Assembly: GCA_051546255.1 (NCBI GenBank)
Contig: CP128815.1
Coordinates: forward strand, 372,001-436,000
Direction: 5' to 3'
Source of the DNA: Meyerozyma guilliermondii
Taxonomy: Eukaryota
Length of the DNA: 64,000 bases
The notes beneath the pieces were generated by a model that was not told the DNA's origin, made no database searches, and worked only from the letters and a program-made list of their open reading frames with translations. Of this stretch, positions 1 to 11,433 are shown one piece after another (the first letter of the stretch is position 1; every line of letters begins with the position of its first letter). A program made the translations under genes and the position numbers.

Positions 1-10
1 CAATAAACTG

Positions 11-36
11 GTGGGGGCGGGGGTAATTCTCTGGGG
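11..36 (+). promoter_or_regulatory. Cluster of SYGGRG boxes (Mig1/CreA-type glucose repression sites); TATA box at ~70
   Basis: GTGGGG (11), GCGGGG (17), CTGGGG (31) and TATATAAA upstream of the GH88 ATG. Confidence 0.4.
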
Positions 37-131
37 TACGAATGAGAGGAGTTGTATCTCTTTACCCCTATATAAAGTGAATACCTTCTAATATCAAATT
101 AGTACCAATAGAACGTTGATTGATTTAAGTG

Positions 132-1355
132 ATGTCCGATTTTAGAGAGTTGAAGCAAAAATTGTACAGCGAATCAGTAGTCGCTAAGATTTGGGGAGTT
201 GCGTCCTCTAAGCTCAATGATGCAAACCCGCCAACGGAGATGCCCGAGTACTCCTTTTTTGACGACAAAGGATACACATATCGTGACATGGAGTATTGGA
301 CATGTGGTTTCTTTCCGGGGTCACTTTATGCTCTACGCGAGCGGAGTGTAAAATATAGTGACAGTTTTCCTGGGTCGAAACTTCATCCTCTCAAGCTTGA
401 GCATGCTGCCAAATGGTGGGCGGAGTCCTTGAAAATTGAGGCACCAAGAACTGATACCCATGATTTGGGTTTTATAATTGCCCCTGTGTTTATTAGGGAA
501 CACGAACTTACAGGAAGTAAGGAATCCTTAGATATTCTAGTTACAGCAGCAAATGCTTTAGCTAGTAGATTCGACGAAACGGTTGGCTGTATAAGATCAT
601 GGGACACTGCTGTCAATAAGCGTTACAACTATTCAGATACTCAGAAGGATTACTTGGTCATTATTGATAACATGTGCAATTTAGACTTGTTGTACTATGT
701 TGCCAAAAAGACTGGAGACTTGAGATTGTCATCAATTGCTACTCGTCATGCCGAAACTACCTTGAAGCACCACTTCAGAGAAGACTGGTCGTGCTACCAT
801 GTCCTCAACTATAACAAAAGGAACGGAGAAGTCATCGCCAAATTCACGAACCAAGGCTTTGCCGATGAATCTGCTTGGTCAAGAGGTCAATCATGGGCCG
901 TTATGGGGTATGCCGATGCTTATGCATTCACTAAACAGAAGAAGTTCTTAGACGCTGCCATTTCATTAGCTGACTATTTTTTGGGTCAATTACCCGAGGA
1001 TGGAGTTCCAGCTTGGGACTTTAAAGCTCCCAACAAAGAGGTACGGGATGTCTCCGCGGGAATGATTGCATCGCTTGGAATGCTTAGCATTTATGAATCT
1101 ACCAAGGATAAAAAGTATTTGGACCTGGCCCTCAAGCTTATAGACAACTGCACTAGGTTTGCTTACAACGAGGAGTCAAAGTTGCATGAGGGAGGGAAGG
1201 TTACCTTGGGAAACTTTGATACAATTTTGCACGCTTCCACCATCAATAACAATCCGGATGCTCCAAAGCAGCTTGCAAATCATGGCTTAGTATACGCAGA
1301 CTACTACTTTTTGACTATTGGTAACAAGCTATTAGATCTTGAAGTTTTCAACTAA
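132..1355 (+). CDS. Glycoside hydrolase family 88 (unsaturated glucuronyl hydrolase-like), no signal peptide
   Basis: WTCGFFPGSL, THDLGF, IIDNMCNL, WSRGQSW, WDF and YADYYF motifs match GH88/UGL; first ATG at 132 (track starts at GTG 129). Confidence 0.88.
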   Translation: MSDFRELKQKLYSESVVAKIWGVASSKLNDANPPTEMPEYSFFDDKGYTYRDMEYWTCGFFPGSLYALRERSVKYSDSFPGSKLHPLKLEHAAKWWAESLKIEAPRTDTHDLGFIIAPVFIREHELTGSKESLDILVTAANALASRFDETVGCIRSWDTAVNKRYNYSDTQKDYLVIIDNMCNLDLLYYVAKKTGDLRLSSIATRHAETTLKHHFREDWSCYHVLNYNKRNGEVIAKFTNQGFADESAWSRGQSWAVMGYADAYAFTKQKKFLDAAISLADYFLGQLPEDGVPAWDFKAPNKEVRDVSAGMIASLGMLSIYESTKDKKYLDLALKLIDNCTRFAYNEESKLHEGGKVTLGNFDTILHASTINNNPDAPKQLANHGLVYADYYFLTIGNKLLDLEVFN

Positions 1356-1419
1356 AAGTTTTAGAGAACGTACTGTTCGAGCATTATTTAGAAACAAACT
1401 AGCTATCTTGATTGCTATT

Positions 1420-3690
1420 CTAAATACCATATTTCTTTCTAGGTTGCCCCATACTGCGGGCCATACAATTTTCAAGTAGTCCCGCGTATTCTCGACATAC
1501 CTCCGACTGGCAATATTTGAACCGATCCTTGAAAAGTGCTATTAAGCCCGCCATGCAATGAGTGTTTGTCAAACTCTCGAGTGCTTCCGCATAAAGATCA
1601 AGAAACCGGTTCGATAAAATGCCTTCCGGTGTGATGTCACGCAAATGGGAGCATATCCGTTTTATGTATGCATAACCATCTTCTCGTATCTTGACAACAT
1701 TATCTGGAGCATGGGATCCAATACTTATTTCAGATTCAGGTCCAAAAAGGCAATAGTTATAAGACCAGATGACGAATAAGGACGAAGCTACGACGTTGGG
1801 ACGATGAAAAATAGGGTCAGTAGCAGGATCGTACAACAATTTCTCATTCCCGTTGAAAAGTAGCTCATGCAAGAACATATAACAATGTAATACAGATATC
1901 CTACCCTTCAAAGAATTTGCCCATGCCTGAATACGCTCTTTGACAACTTGGTAATCCTTCTCTGTTGTCTTCACATTCATTCGGTTGGAAGCTCCGACGT
2001 ATATGATACAGTCGTACTGCTTAATTCCCATGAACGTCTGACAGATATGATAAGCTGGATATTTGCATCCAGTATTGGAGGACAGGAATGGACTAGGCAC
2101 ATCTGCATCTGGTTGAACTGGCAAGTAGTATGCATTTCGTGAATCGCAACAGTCTTCTTGACAAATATCGTCACGCCAAACTTCTATCGCTCGGTAAATG
2201 GTATCTTTCCAGGATTCTTTTACAGACTTCCAGTCAAGAAAAGTAACTTCAAGATCCTTAAGCTCCATTTGAAACTTGATACTGAGTAGACCTGCTAGTA
2301 GTATTTTCTTTCCCAATGCTCCTACCTCTAATTTTTCTTGATGCAAGAGCTTTGTGAGAGCAGTGATGAACTTGGGCGTTTCGGCTTGAGGAGGAGGGTT
2401 ATTCTTGTCGATGCTTGACATCTCCCAGAGCACATCGTCACAAGGCATCAGTAGTTTGATCTGATGGGCAAAGAGTACTATTTGATGCCCAAATATTGTA
2501 GCGTTCACTGTATCCAAATAAAATGAGACCAATGCAACCCGATTAAGAGATTCCACTTCTATCCACCTCTTCCATGCGTCTTTCTCCTCTGTGAGTTCGA
2601 TATCATCGTTAGTTCGATTTAAGGGATCACCTCCAAGTAGAGGGCTTCTACGCAAAAGCTGCATTTTGACACCATGATGTAAGTAAGCACGCTCGTGTAG
2701 CCTTCTATTGGAAAACAAAATCTCGCAAGTTTCAAGGATTATTAAACTTTGAAGAATCCATGGCTTTGCTGGCGAGCAAAACTCATCGGAGGAGCTAATG
2801 AGCCATCGAAGGGGAAACGCAATTGTCTCTAAGAGTTGCCGGGAATCTCCTAGGACTGGCCATTCATCGTTTTCGGAGTATGGGGACATCGCAGCGCCGA
2901 TCATGACCATGCTCAAGAGGAGTAACGGATGTGCGGCTGAGGTGTTGAAGGAGGGCTTATGTAGAATAGGGAACTGGACATGAAAGAAGTCCCAGTAAAT
3001 AGATAATGTTCTCTCTGCTTTGGCGGAGCTGAATCCGAGTTGAGCCAAGGCTGGAACGTATGAAATCATTTTCTCAACAACGAGGTCGTCAACGCTGACC
3101 TGTGAGTTAGGATTTGGGAAGTTTGGTGATATGCAAAACGCATCTTCCAACATTTTTTCAGTTTGGGAGTCAAGAGCTGCAAGGTAGGTATTGGTTGGAC
3201 TAGAATTGCCACTTTGAAGAAGAAACGATTCATCGTTGAAGAGCCACTGCGTTAAATCTGGAGGCTTTAACGCAAAGTCTATTTGTCCCGAAATCGTTCC
3301 ATCAACTGTAGAGAGCTCCGCCGTCTCCTCGGCCAGGCTACGGACGTTGTGGCCACTCTGCTTGAAAAATGTGGGGGAAGAAGGATCCAAGGCGTTGGGT
3401 ATGACCATGCCCCCCAAACTCGTTTGAGCTTCTATATTGTAATTCTCGGACAATTCTTCATGTTTAGCACCTATTTTTCTGGAGTTTCGGCGCCGTTCTT
3501 CCCTTACACGGTGCCTTCCTTCGTGTTTATCTCGGACGTCTTTCCTTACAAATTTTTTGACGCAACCTGGCCAATGGCAAGAGAAGAAGACTTTTGGAGA
3601 ATGGATCGTAGTTTTGTGACGCGCTAGATGGTCAGAGCGGGAGAACCACTTACCGCAGCCAGTTTCTTCACATACGTAATTATCTTGCAT
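1420..3690 (-). CDS. C2H2 zinc-finger transcription factor with fungal-specific TF middle homology region
   Basis: Two N-terminal C2H2 fingers (CEETGCGKWFSRSDHLARH; CHWPGCVKKFVRKDVRDKH) plus YWDFFHVQFPILHKPSF and MPCDDVLW motifs. Confidence 0.88.
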   Translation of the reverse strand: MQDNYVCEETGCGKWFSRSDHLARHKTTIHSPKVFFSCHWPGCVKKFVRKDVRDKHEGRHRVREERRRNSRKIGAKHEELSENYNIEAQTSLGGMVIPNALDPSSPTFFKQSGHNVRSLAEETAELSTVDGTISGQIDFALKPPDLTQWLFNDESFLLQSGNSSPTNTYLAALDSQTEKMLEDAFCISPNFPNPNSQVSVDDLVVEKMISYVPALAQLGFSSAKAERTLSIYWDFFHVQFPILHKPSFNTSAAHPLLLLSMVMIGAAMSPYSENDEWPVLGDSRQLLETIAFPLRWLISSSDEFCSPAKPWILQSLIILETCEILFSNRRLHERAYLHHGVKMQLLRRSPLLGGDPLNRTNDDIELTEEKDAWKRWIEVESLNRVALVSFYLDTVNATIFGHQIVLFAHQIKLLMPCDDVLWEMSSIDKNNPPPQAETPKFITALTKLLHQEKLEVGALGKKILLAGLLSIKFQMELKDLEVTFLDWKSVKESWKDTIYRAIEVWRDDICQEDCCDSRNAYYLPVQPDADVPSPFLSSNTGCKYPAYHICQTFMGIKQYDCIIYVGASNRMNVKTTEKDYQVVKERIQAWANSLKGRISVLHCYMFLHELLFNGNEKLLYDPATDPIFHRPNVVASSLFVIWSYNYCLFGPESEISIGSHAPDNVVKIREDGYAYIKRICSHLRDITPEGILSNRFLDLYAEALESLTNTHCMAGLIALFKDRFKYCQSEVCREYAGLLENCMARSMGQPRKKYGI

Positions 3691-3877
3691 TTTTGTTGGA
3701 CATGATCAAGTAAAGAATGAGACAAAATCGGCTGCGAAATTGGTGGGTATCAAGGGTGGAGAAAAAAATTGCAAGGCGGTGCTGACAAAAAGATGCAGTA
3801 CCGGTGCTTCACTAGTACATATATTTGGGGGGCTGAAATGGGGTTATGTGGGTGCTCTTTAGTTTTACGTAGAATAT

Positions 3878-4849
3878 TTACTCGTTGGAATCAAATACTA
3901 CGAAAGGTGCCCAATCGGGAGAAACCAATCTACTAATTCCCCGGACCTTGTGAAGTTGATTCAATTCCACGCCGTCGGTATCCTCGAGCTTAACAATCTT
4001 GAAATTTGACTCAATTCTAGTCGGCGTCACAGATTTGGGCAACACAACTGTGCCTCTCCATACGGCCCAAGAGATGAGAATTGATGCAGGTGTAACTCCA
4101 TACTTGCTGGCAATTTTGAGGACCACATCGTCCGTCAATAACGGAGAGTTGGTCGAACCCAAAGGACTGTAACTTTCAATCAAAATCTCATTTTGTCTGC
4201 AGAATTCAAGTAATCTTGGTTGGGGCAAGTAAGGGTGCATTTCTACTTGATTTGCAACCGGCTTGATTCTAGTCGATGGAGCCTCCAACAATGTCTTCAA
4301 GTTCTTTACGGTGAAGTTCGATACACCAATCGCCCGGGCCTGCTTGTTCTCTACCAAAGTTTGCATTGAGTCGTACGTCTTGACAAAATCCCAATTCTGC
4401 AAGACATCACGAGATCCATCTGCGAGTTTAGGAAATAGTGGATGGTTACCATTGGGATTTAAAGGCACAGGCCAATGCATCAAGTAGAGATCCACGTAGT
4501 CTGTTCCTAGTTTCTCCAATGATGCTGCAATACCTTCTGCGACTCTTGTGTGATCTGTACTCCACAACTTGGTGGTGATGAAAAGATCATTTCTTGATAT
4601 ACCTGACGCCTTTATAGCATCACCGATTGGCTTCTCATTCCCATAACATGCAGCGGTGTCAATGTGCCTATAACCGACTTTCAAAGCCGCAAGAACAGCA
4701 TTGTAAACTTGCTCTTCGCTCGACTGCCAGGTTCCCAAACCTAAAGCGGGAATCTCCTGTCCAGTATAGAATTTCAAAATAGCAGTTGAGCTGAAACATT
4801 AGTATGTGCTGTTAAATCATGTGTTGACGACTTACTTTTGCGCGACCAT
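3878..4849 (-). CDS. Aldo-keto reductase (GCY1/YPR1-like), two exons: 4849-4836 and 4790-3878
   Basis: IPALGLGTW, GYRHIDTA, LYLMHWP, AIGVSNF, NQVEMHP, LPKS motifs; splicing a 45-nt intron gives MVAQNSTAILKFYTG in frame. Confidence 0.9.
4791..4835 (-). other. 45-nt spliceosomal intron in the AKR gene
   Basis: GTAAGT donor, TACTAAT branch, CAG acceptor; restores an ATG-initiated frame. Confidence 0.82.
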
Positions 4850-5010
4850 ATCTCCATTTCTCAGGAGCAAGGAACTGCTTCTTATATCCTGATGTTGACC
4901 GATTTGCAACTTTACCCCACCCCCACCAAAAAATTTCTCCACCCCCACCACTTTGGATCCGGTATGCTTTGAACAGAAATCTTTACCCGTAGAAGCGCCA
5001 CGGATTGTAG

Positions 5011-5490
5011 ATGGACGCAAGGTAGTCGCAGGTTGCCAAGGCTTTCTCGGGGATTGGCTATCTTTTGGCAACCGAGCTTGTCAAGCGCGGCAACATAGCA
5101 TTTGCAGGTGTGCGAAGACTTTCCTGGATGAAGGCTGGGGTAGTTCTTCAAACTTGAGCTGATTGACACAGACGTTGGCTCTGTTAGAATCATTAAAGCG
5201 TTTTCAGACTAATCATCCAATGTGATCGGAGAAAAGTGGAGTCTCCTTTTCGATAACGCTGGCAACAGTGTTTCTCATGCAGCTGAGATTGATGATGGAA
5301 AATATATAAGGAGCTTCCAAGGTTACGATTGAGGGCCACTTCGATTGAACTGAGAGTTACCACCCTTAATCGTCTCCTCTTCCTCTTTGAATGCTTAAGA
5401 AGGTTCCACGGCGGCCGAATCCATTTCCGTTTCTGAGTATCCACGCAGCCATTAAGAGTGCAATTCATTCTTGTGCGAGCACACTTGTAG
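5011..5490 (+). pseudogene. Decayed AYR1-like short-chain dehydrogenase (1-acyl-DHAP reductase family) pseudogene
   Basis: Fragments across frames: MDAR*SQVAKAFSGIGYLLATELVKRGNIAFAGVRRL; FFKLE..D..SV; LLFDNAGNS; FQGYD*GPLRLN*EL; PFPF.SIHAAIKSAIHSCASTL, collinear with Ayr1; several stops and frameshifts; may extend further 3'. Confidence 0.8.
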
Positions 5491-5896
5491 CCCAAACAAA
5501 GTATTACTGGATATCAAGATAGATATGGTGTTGCACATGAGAATGGCAATCTCCCGCGTAACTAGGGGCTTCATCGGGCTTCTCTTAGAACAACATGGTC
5601 GATCATCTTACCAACGCCGACAGATTGGATTGAGGTAGTTCGAGCTCCCTAGAGACCATATGCATCTGTAAGAAAGTTAATCTTACAGCTCAGAGAGGTA
5701 CTCAACGAACCTTGCAGTTATTCTTCCACATTGGCATAATTTGCAGCTTACAATTTACCTTGTGCCATAAAGAAACTCGTTCTAATAGTATACTTACATA
5801 ATCACTGAAACTTCTGTACAGTATATGCAGACTCGCTAGCTTGGAACATTATGTGGTACCTCATCGCGCTTTGAAATACAATATCATCATCACACG

Positions 5897-8164
5897 ATGG
5901 GTAGTTCTGAAATACAAGTATTGGATGATGCAATAAGACAATCTGTTCAAACTATCAGGTCTGCATCATCACTTGCTGCCCAAGACATACCCTTCAGCAG
6001 GACTCTTTCTCAAGATTTATCACAGCACTTAGATTTCACATCGGATCGGCTTAAGAGATTGGCAGACGAAATGCTCCAGCTTGTTTCTAGCAGTGAAAGG
6101 AAACCTAACAGTTCAGAAAGCCTGGTTTTCAGAAAGGATTGGAAGGGGTACTCCAATAAACTAGACAATATTTTTGAAGTGGTAGAGCACATGTTTGATC
6201 GCCTCAACACCCAGGATCCAACTATTGAGGCTAAAGAAAACATGCTTCACTTGGATAGTGAAGTGCATGATATGGAAGCCGCAAATGCACTTGCAAGATC
6301 TCGCATCATCAAACCTCAGCAATTCTTCAAAACCAAAATTGATAACTCGGAGCTGGCGCCTTTCAAACCGAAATTGACCAGTAAACCTCATGCCTTAAAA
6401 TCGTTCGAAGAATCATGCAACCTAAGAAGCGGAGCTGATACGGAATTCGGCAAGGATCCAGATTATTTCCCGCATCCTTATGAGTACGAGATAGACACCC
6501 TTGAATATCCAGAACTGGTGCTTGAGATCCTGGAGCCTAAAAAACCCAAGGATTGGACGTCTACGAGCGCTATTTGGGTGGAGACCGAGAGTGATTTGAG
6601 TCAAATGGTCTCTGATCTCTCGTCCCAGACAGAAATAGCTGTAGATCTTGAGCACCACGACTACCGGTCATATTTGGGGATCGTCTGCCTAATGCAAATA
6701 TCCAGCCGCGAGAAGGACTGGATCATCGATACCTTGAAGCTACGCGACAGCTTAGTCGTACTTAATGAGATTTTTGCAAATCCAAACATTGTCAAAGTAT
6801 TTCATGGCGCGTTCATGGATATTATTTGGTTACAACGGGACTTGGGCCTCTACGTTGTATCCCTATTTGATACTTACCATGCCTCTAAAAAGCTAGGGCT
6901 CCCCCGATTTTCTTTGGCATATTTGTTGGAAAACTATGCGAATTTCAAAACGTCCAAGAAGTATCAATTAGCAGACTGGAGAATGCGGCCCCTTCTGGGA
7001 CCCATGCTTTCATACGCAAGATCAGACACACACTTTCTTCTTTACGTTTATGACCAATTAAGAAACCAATTGTTATCGAGTGGAAGCCAAAAGATGAAAG
7101 AGGTTCTTCATGAATCGAGACAAGTTGCAAAGAGGAGATTCGAATTCACAAGATTCCGGCCAACTCTGGTTTCTGGATCAAAAGTCTCCTGTCCTATAAT
7201 GGCACCAAATGCAAAGGAACCGTATAGTTCCATCATGAACCAGTTCAACCTTCCTAATCACACGCGGCCAATCGTCGAAGCATTATACTTATGGAGGGAC
7301 GCTAAAGCTAAAGAATGTGATGAGCTGGTTAGATACGTTATGCCTAACCAATTGCTCGTGAACTTCTCGCTATTAGCTCTTCCGGTAGATAAAGAAACGA
7401 TTTTGAGGAACCCATACATAACGGATCAGGTGCGAAACAGTGTTGATGAACTCGTCACGCTATTAAATTCTGTCATGCAGCAAGTATCCGATTCAGACTG
7501 GGCGCTCGTTGACAATTGGCACGGAAGCCCAGAGGGGGGAAAGCTTTCATCAGAAGAATCCCTAAGTGCACAGAAAATTGCTTCAATCTTTGAGACAGCT
7601 GTAACCGAGCACACGAAAGCTCTTCAAAAAGCATTTGAATTTGCCGAAGGCTCTCAGTTGTTGGGAAGAGAAGATATAGGCAGTGTGTGTGCCATCAGCT
7701 TCGACCTTAGCAATAGGCAGCCAATTTATCACCTTGATGATGAGTTTCGCGAAAGAACTAAAAAGTTGGAAAGCAACTTGACGAATTTTTCTTCACCTAC
7801 ACCGGAATCTACAACCTTACAAAGCGAACAAGACCACATTCAAAATGATCACTTGGAGAAGGCCGAAGTAAAGAGCATAGTTGCACCCAAAAAGTTGCTT
7901 GATAATGACGACGAAATCATATCCTTGCGAAAGCGTAATCCAAACCGAAATGTCGAAGCAAGGAACATTGCTCAAGATGACGTTCTTCACTACTCAGATT
8001 CCACTATCTTGGGACAAGCGAAAGCAGCAACAAAGAAAGATAAGAAAACGAAGAGATCGTTCGACCCTAATTCTGTAGATGATGATGGACCCCAGCCAGC
8101 CAAAAGGTTAAGAAGAATGAATCCAGGCAAATCTTTGACATTCTCTTCACATAAAAAGAGATAG
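5897..8164 (+). CDS. RRP6: Nuclear exosome 3'-5' exoribonuclease Rrp6
   Basis: PMC2NT N-terminus, DEDD exonuclease (IAVDLEHHDYRSY, YQLADWR, YARSDTH), HRDC domain; PAC motif CTCATCGC at 5860. Confidence 0.96.
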   Translation: MGSSEIQVLDDAIRQSVQTIRSASSLAAQDIPFSRTLSQDLSQHLDFTSDRLKRLADEMLQLVSSSERKPNSSESLVFRKDWKGYSNKLDNIFEVVEHMFDRLNTQDPTIEAKENMLHLDSEVHDMEAANALARSRIIKPQQFFKTKIDNSELAPFKPKLTSKPHALKSFEESCNLRSGADTEFGKDPDYFPHPYEYEIDTLEYPELVLEILEPKKPKDWTSTSAIWVETESDLSQMVSDLSSQTEIAVDLEHHDYRSYLGIVCLMQISSREKDWIIDTLKLRDSLVVLNEIFANPNIVKVFHGAFMDIIWLQRDLGLYVVSLFDTYHASKKLGLPRFSLAYLLENYANFKTSKKYQLADWRMRPLLGPMLSYARSDTHFLLYVYDQLRNQLLSSGSQKMKEVLHESRQVAKRRFEFTRFRPTLVSGSKVSCPIMAPNAKEPYSSIMNQFNLPNHTRPIVEALYLWRDAKAKECDELVRYVMPNQLLVNFSLLALPVDKETILRNPYITDQVRNSVDELVTLLNSVMQQVSDSDWALVDNWHGSPEGGKLSSEESLSAQKIASIFETAVTEHTKALQKAFEFAEGSQLLGREDIGSVCAISFDLSNRQPIYHLDDEFRERTKKLESNLTNFSSPTPESTTLQSEQDHIQNDHLEKAEVKSIVAPKKLLDNDDEIISLRKRNPNRNVEARNIAQDDVLHYSDSTILGQAKAATKKDKKTKRSFDPNSVDDDGPQPAKRLRRMNPGKSLTFSSHKKR

Positions 8165-11100
8165 TAACCTTAATGACGACAATAAACGGCTATTCAAGCA
8201 CATTCCTCATTTCAAAATTGAAAATCATAATAAAACCTGTACGAATTACATAACTAAGTTCTCGACAGTGGTAGTCCCAGAGAGGAAATGTCGTGATAAC
8301 TCAACGACATATTATATACGTGAACAATCAATTTCGGTTGAATATAATATAGCTTAAGACCTAGAACACGATCCAGTGCTTACATGGCTCGAACACCGAA
8401 CCACCGGCAAACCCGGCATATCACAATTTACTATACAATGGACATGACTGTACTACTCGGCACGTCAACCAAAAAGTATAAGAGAAGGAGTAGAAATCTT
8501 CTTTGATCTGAGAAGACTTACTATGGCGAAAGGGTATACTATAGCTCTGAATATTTACATAAAAGAAACTAGTACCACTTAAAATATATATCTGAACCAA
8601 GTCAGTGGTTGGTAAAATAAACTGCCCCCGAATATTCCATTCTTTGACAAAGAGGATGTGACATTGGGTAGAAACTCAGTGGCAATAAAAACTGATCTGG
8701 GCGAAAGAATAAAGCTTGGAGAGAAGCTATACTCACCAAACCGTAGCGTTAGCTCCAATCACACGCGTCAAAACATAACTTCAAGACAAAATCGTACTCG
8801 TCGACTGCCAGATTGTAACTGAAAATGAATCAACATATGTCATTTGCAACTTCGCTCTTAGTGTAAGTCAGTCTAAGTGAGCCCTCTATCCTTGGGTTCT
8901 CAGTCAGGATGAACTCATTATATTCTCTTTCATCCGTGAGATTGTCCACACATTACACACTATAATGTCGTTACCATAGATGCTTAGTGAACAACCAACC
9001 AATATTAGGTGCTGTACGCACCTATGGCTAACAGTGCTGAATCCATGTTTCTTTCATAATGCGAAAATGAGAGAACCTAACGCACGTACATGTTGCTTTA
9101 TTGACCAATTACCGGTAGCTATAATTGTATTATATAGGTTAGTAATAACTCTGCAAATCCTAGGAACTGCTTCACCTCAACCCTGACCTAAAGTTTCCCC
9201 CGAAGTTCAGTACATTATCGAAGACAGAAAAGACAGCCCCCACTTTGGACTCAAGCTTTTATGATATCCAGAAAGTTGTCTTACTAGTTCTTGTTGACAG
9301 GTGAATGACCAAAAAGACTTAACCAATTGAAGTCCTTGGTAAGTTTCAAGGAGGCAAACGCCCAAAGTGGGTAACCTCCCTTGAATTTCATTCTTCACTA
9401 GAAGTCGAGTTCTTTCATTATAGTTCAGGAGTCTCGGACCGTGGATGGATAACACACACGTGCTTGCTCGCCTACCTTAAAGCCATACATTACTAGGGCT
9501 AATGATAAGGGTATCTCTTACATACCCATTTGTTGAATCCATCTCGGTCCAATTGGGTATATTTCAGCTGGATCATCGTATATTAAATTCAACGGCAACT
9601 GCTTGCTCGAGAACTGTACAATGACAGTTTAACAACGGCCAGGCTCTAATGTGGTTGGCAAAATATAATGCGCAGGTAAGTTCCGAATTGCTTGTTTCTT
9701 TTTACGAAAGAAACACATCTTTCATGTGTGATGTTCATCGAAAAGTAGTCATCATTCTATAGTTTTAGTCAAATATGTAGTGACATACTTATTTTCAAAG
9801 GAGTTGTGCTTGATGAAAATTATTAGAAAATGACTTTATTTTACACCGGACAATCAATCTTGTATCATCATATGATTGGTTTGAATCGCAAACTTTACAT
9901 GAAAAAACGATCAAACAATGTATGACATGTTGACTGATTGAGGCAACTAAAAAGCCACTCTCTGGTCCTTCTCAGAACTTTGCATCAGTGATGTCTATTA
10001 TATATATCTTATAGAGAATGTCTACTATACCGTGCTTAGTAGTTTCTGCTAGTTTTAACCGGAGTAGAACCACTGTTAAGGGAATATATTCAATGTATTC
10101 TAGTCGCCTCTTTCAATTTTTTGGTACATATTCTATTGATCGCTTGCTTCAAATGGTTAACATACTGAGCGCTTATTTGTTGTGCCTCAAAGTTTTTTGC
10201 TTCTCTGGTCCTTTTCTTCGATAAAGGTGAATTTGAGCTCTAATAGAGCCCCTAACACAAAAGCTTTGTTTACATTACCAAGGACGTTATTCTTAGGTGA
10301 TGTCATGAATAGAAGGATGCAGATGAACTTTCTCTGCAGAGTTACTTCATCAGTTATATGACATACGTGATGCGTCTCATTTTCTTGTGTTGCAGAATGT
10401 TGCCGCCGACAAGGTATCGTAACGCTCTTCTGAGGTCCTAAACTCTAGCTTTTTCTACGTAACGTGTGTCATTTATATGGAAGCTCTGTTGACTGTTCAC
10501 TTTCACACGCATCCGACACTGCATACCCATTGGTTGAGTGGATAGCTACAGGTTTTACCTGTACAGGGTACAAATTATATAAGGTTGAGACGGAACAGAG
10601 GTAAACGGTCTTGAAGTTTTCGCGTACCTTCTTTTTTCTCTCTGATAATTCATACTTGCTGTTCCCAATTTGCATTGGTAATAAGACACTCTATTTCGAG
10701 AGCAAAATGTTTCATATTTCTCTGGTAGAAAACATGCAGCTGATTACGTTCCTTTCATAAAAGAGCATAAGATATCAGAAACAAACTTAAATGTTAACGT
10801 AAATTAGCTTCTACACCGTTCGTAGATATTTGAAATACTGCCCAAGAATCGATAGTTTTACTCAATTTACGGACTACAATCACTGCGAGCAGCACTAGAG
10901 AGCGATAGCGGTAAACTTTTGTAGTTCGTGACCAACAATTCGGTAGATCTGCGTTCTCATAATTGAAACGATTATCACACCGCTGAAAATCGTATGTATA
11001 AATTTTTGGCAGATTCTATTGAGATCGACTTGATTATGTATGATCGTTGAAGTCGGATTATGCATGATAACGCATTTAGATTCCGCTTTTGCAATGAAAA

Positions 11101-11433
11101 CGATAGCCATCAGTAAAAAACTGCAAGCGAACGACTTAATTTTCCAAGTGAATAACGGACCGGCTATTTGTAAACCTTCTTCTTCATACATTGAGATTTA
11201 GTTTCCAATTGACTCGAAAGCAGTAATGATGAAAATTTGGGTACTGCGATTATCGTATACAACCCTTATCTTATCGCATCTTTCCTCTAGAAAAGTTCCG
11301 TTCCTCTTTATAGAAGTTCCGCTAGTCTCACGGATTTCCCGCCAAGGTGATGCCGATTGTATTGCAAGCCCCTAACTCGGGCGACGTAAAAATATCACAC
11401 ATAAAAGACCTTTAGTCCCGACGTACGACCAAT

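Noticed and set aside
4832..5495. Four short ORFs (79, 93, 69, 100 aa)
   Set aside because: Better explained by AKR exon 1, its promoter and the AYR1-like pseudogene.
8370..8420. B-box-like GTTCGAGCC on the minus strand
   Set aside because: No A box or acceptor stem found; not called as a tRNA.
8980..11191. Five 68-98-aa ORFs in the long intergenic region
   Set aside because: No family motifs, mutual similarity or codon bias seen; consistent with chance frames.
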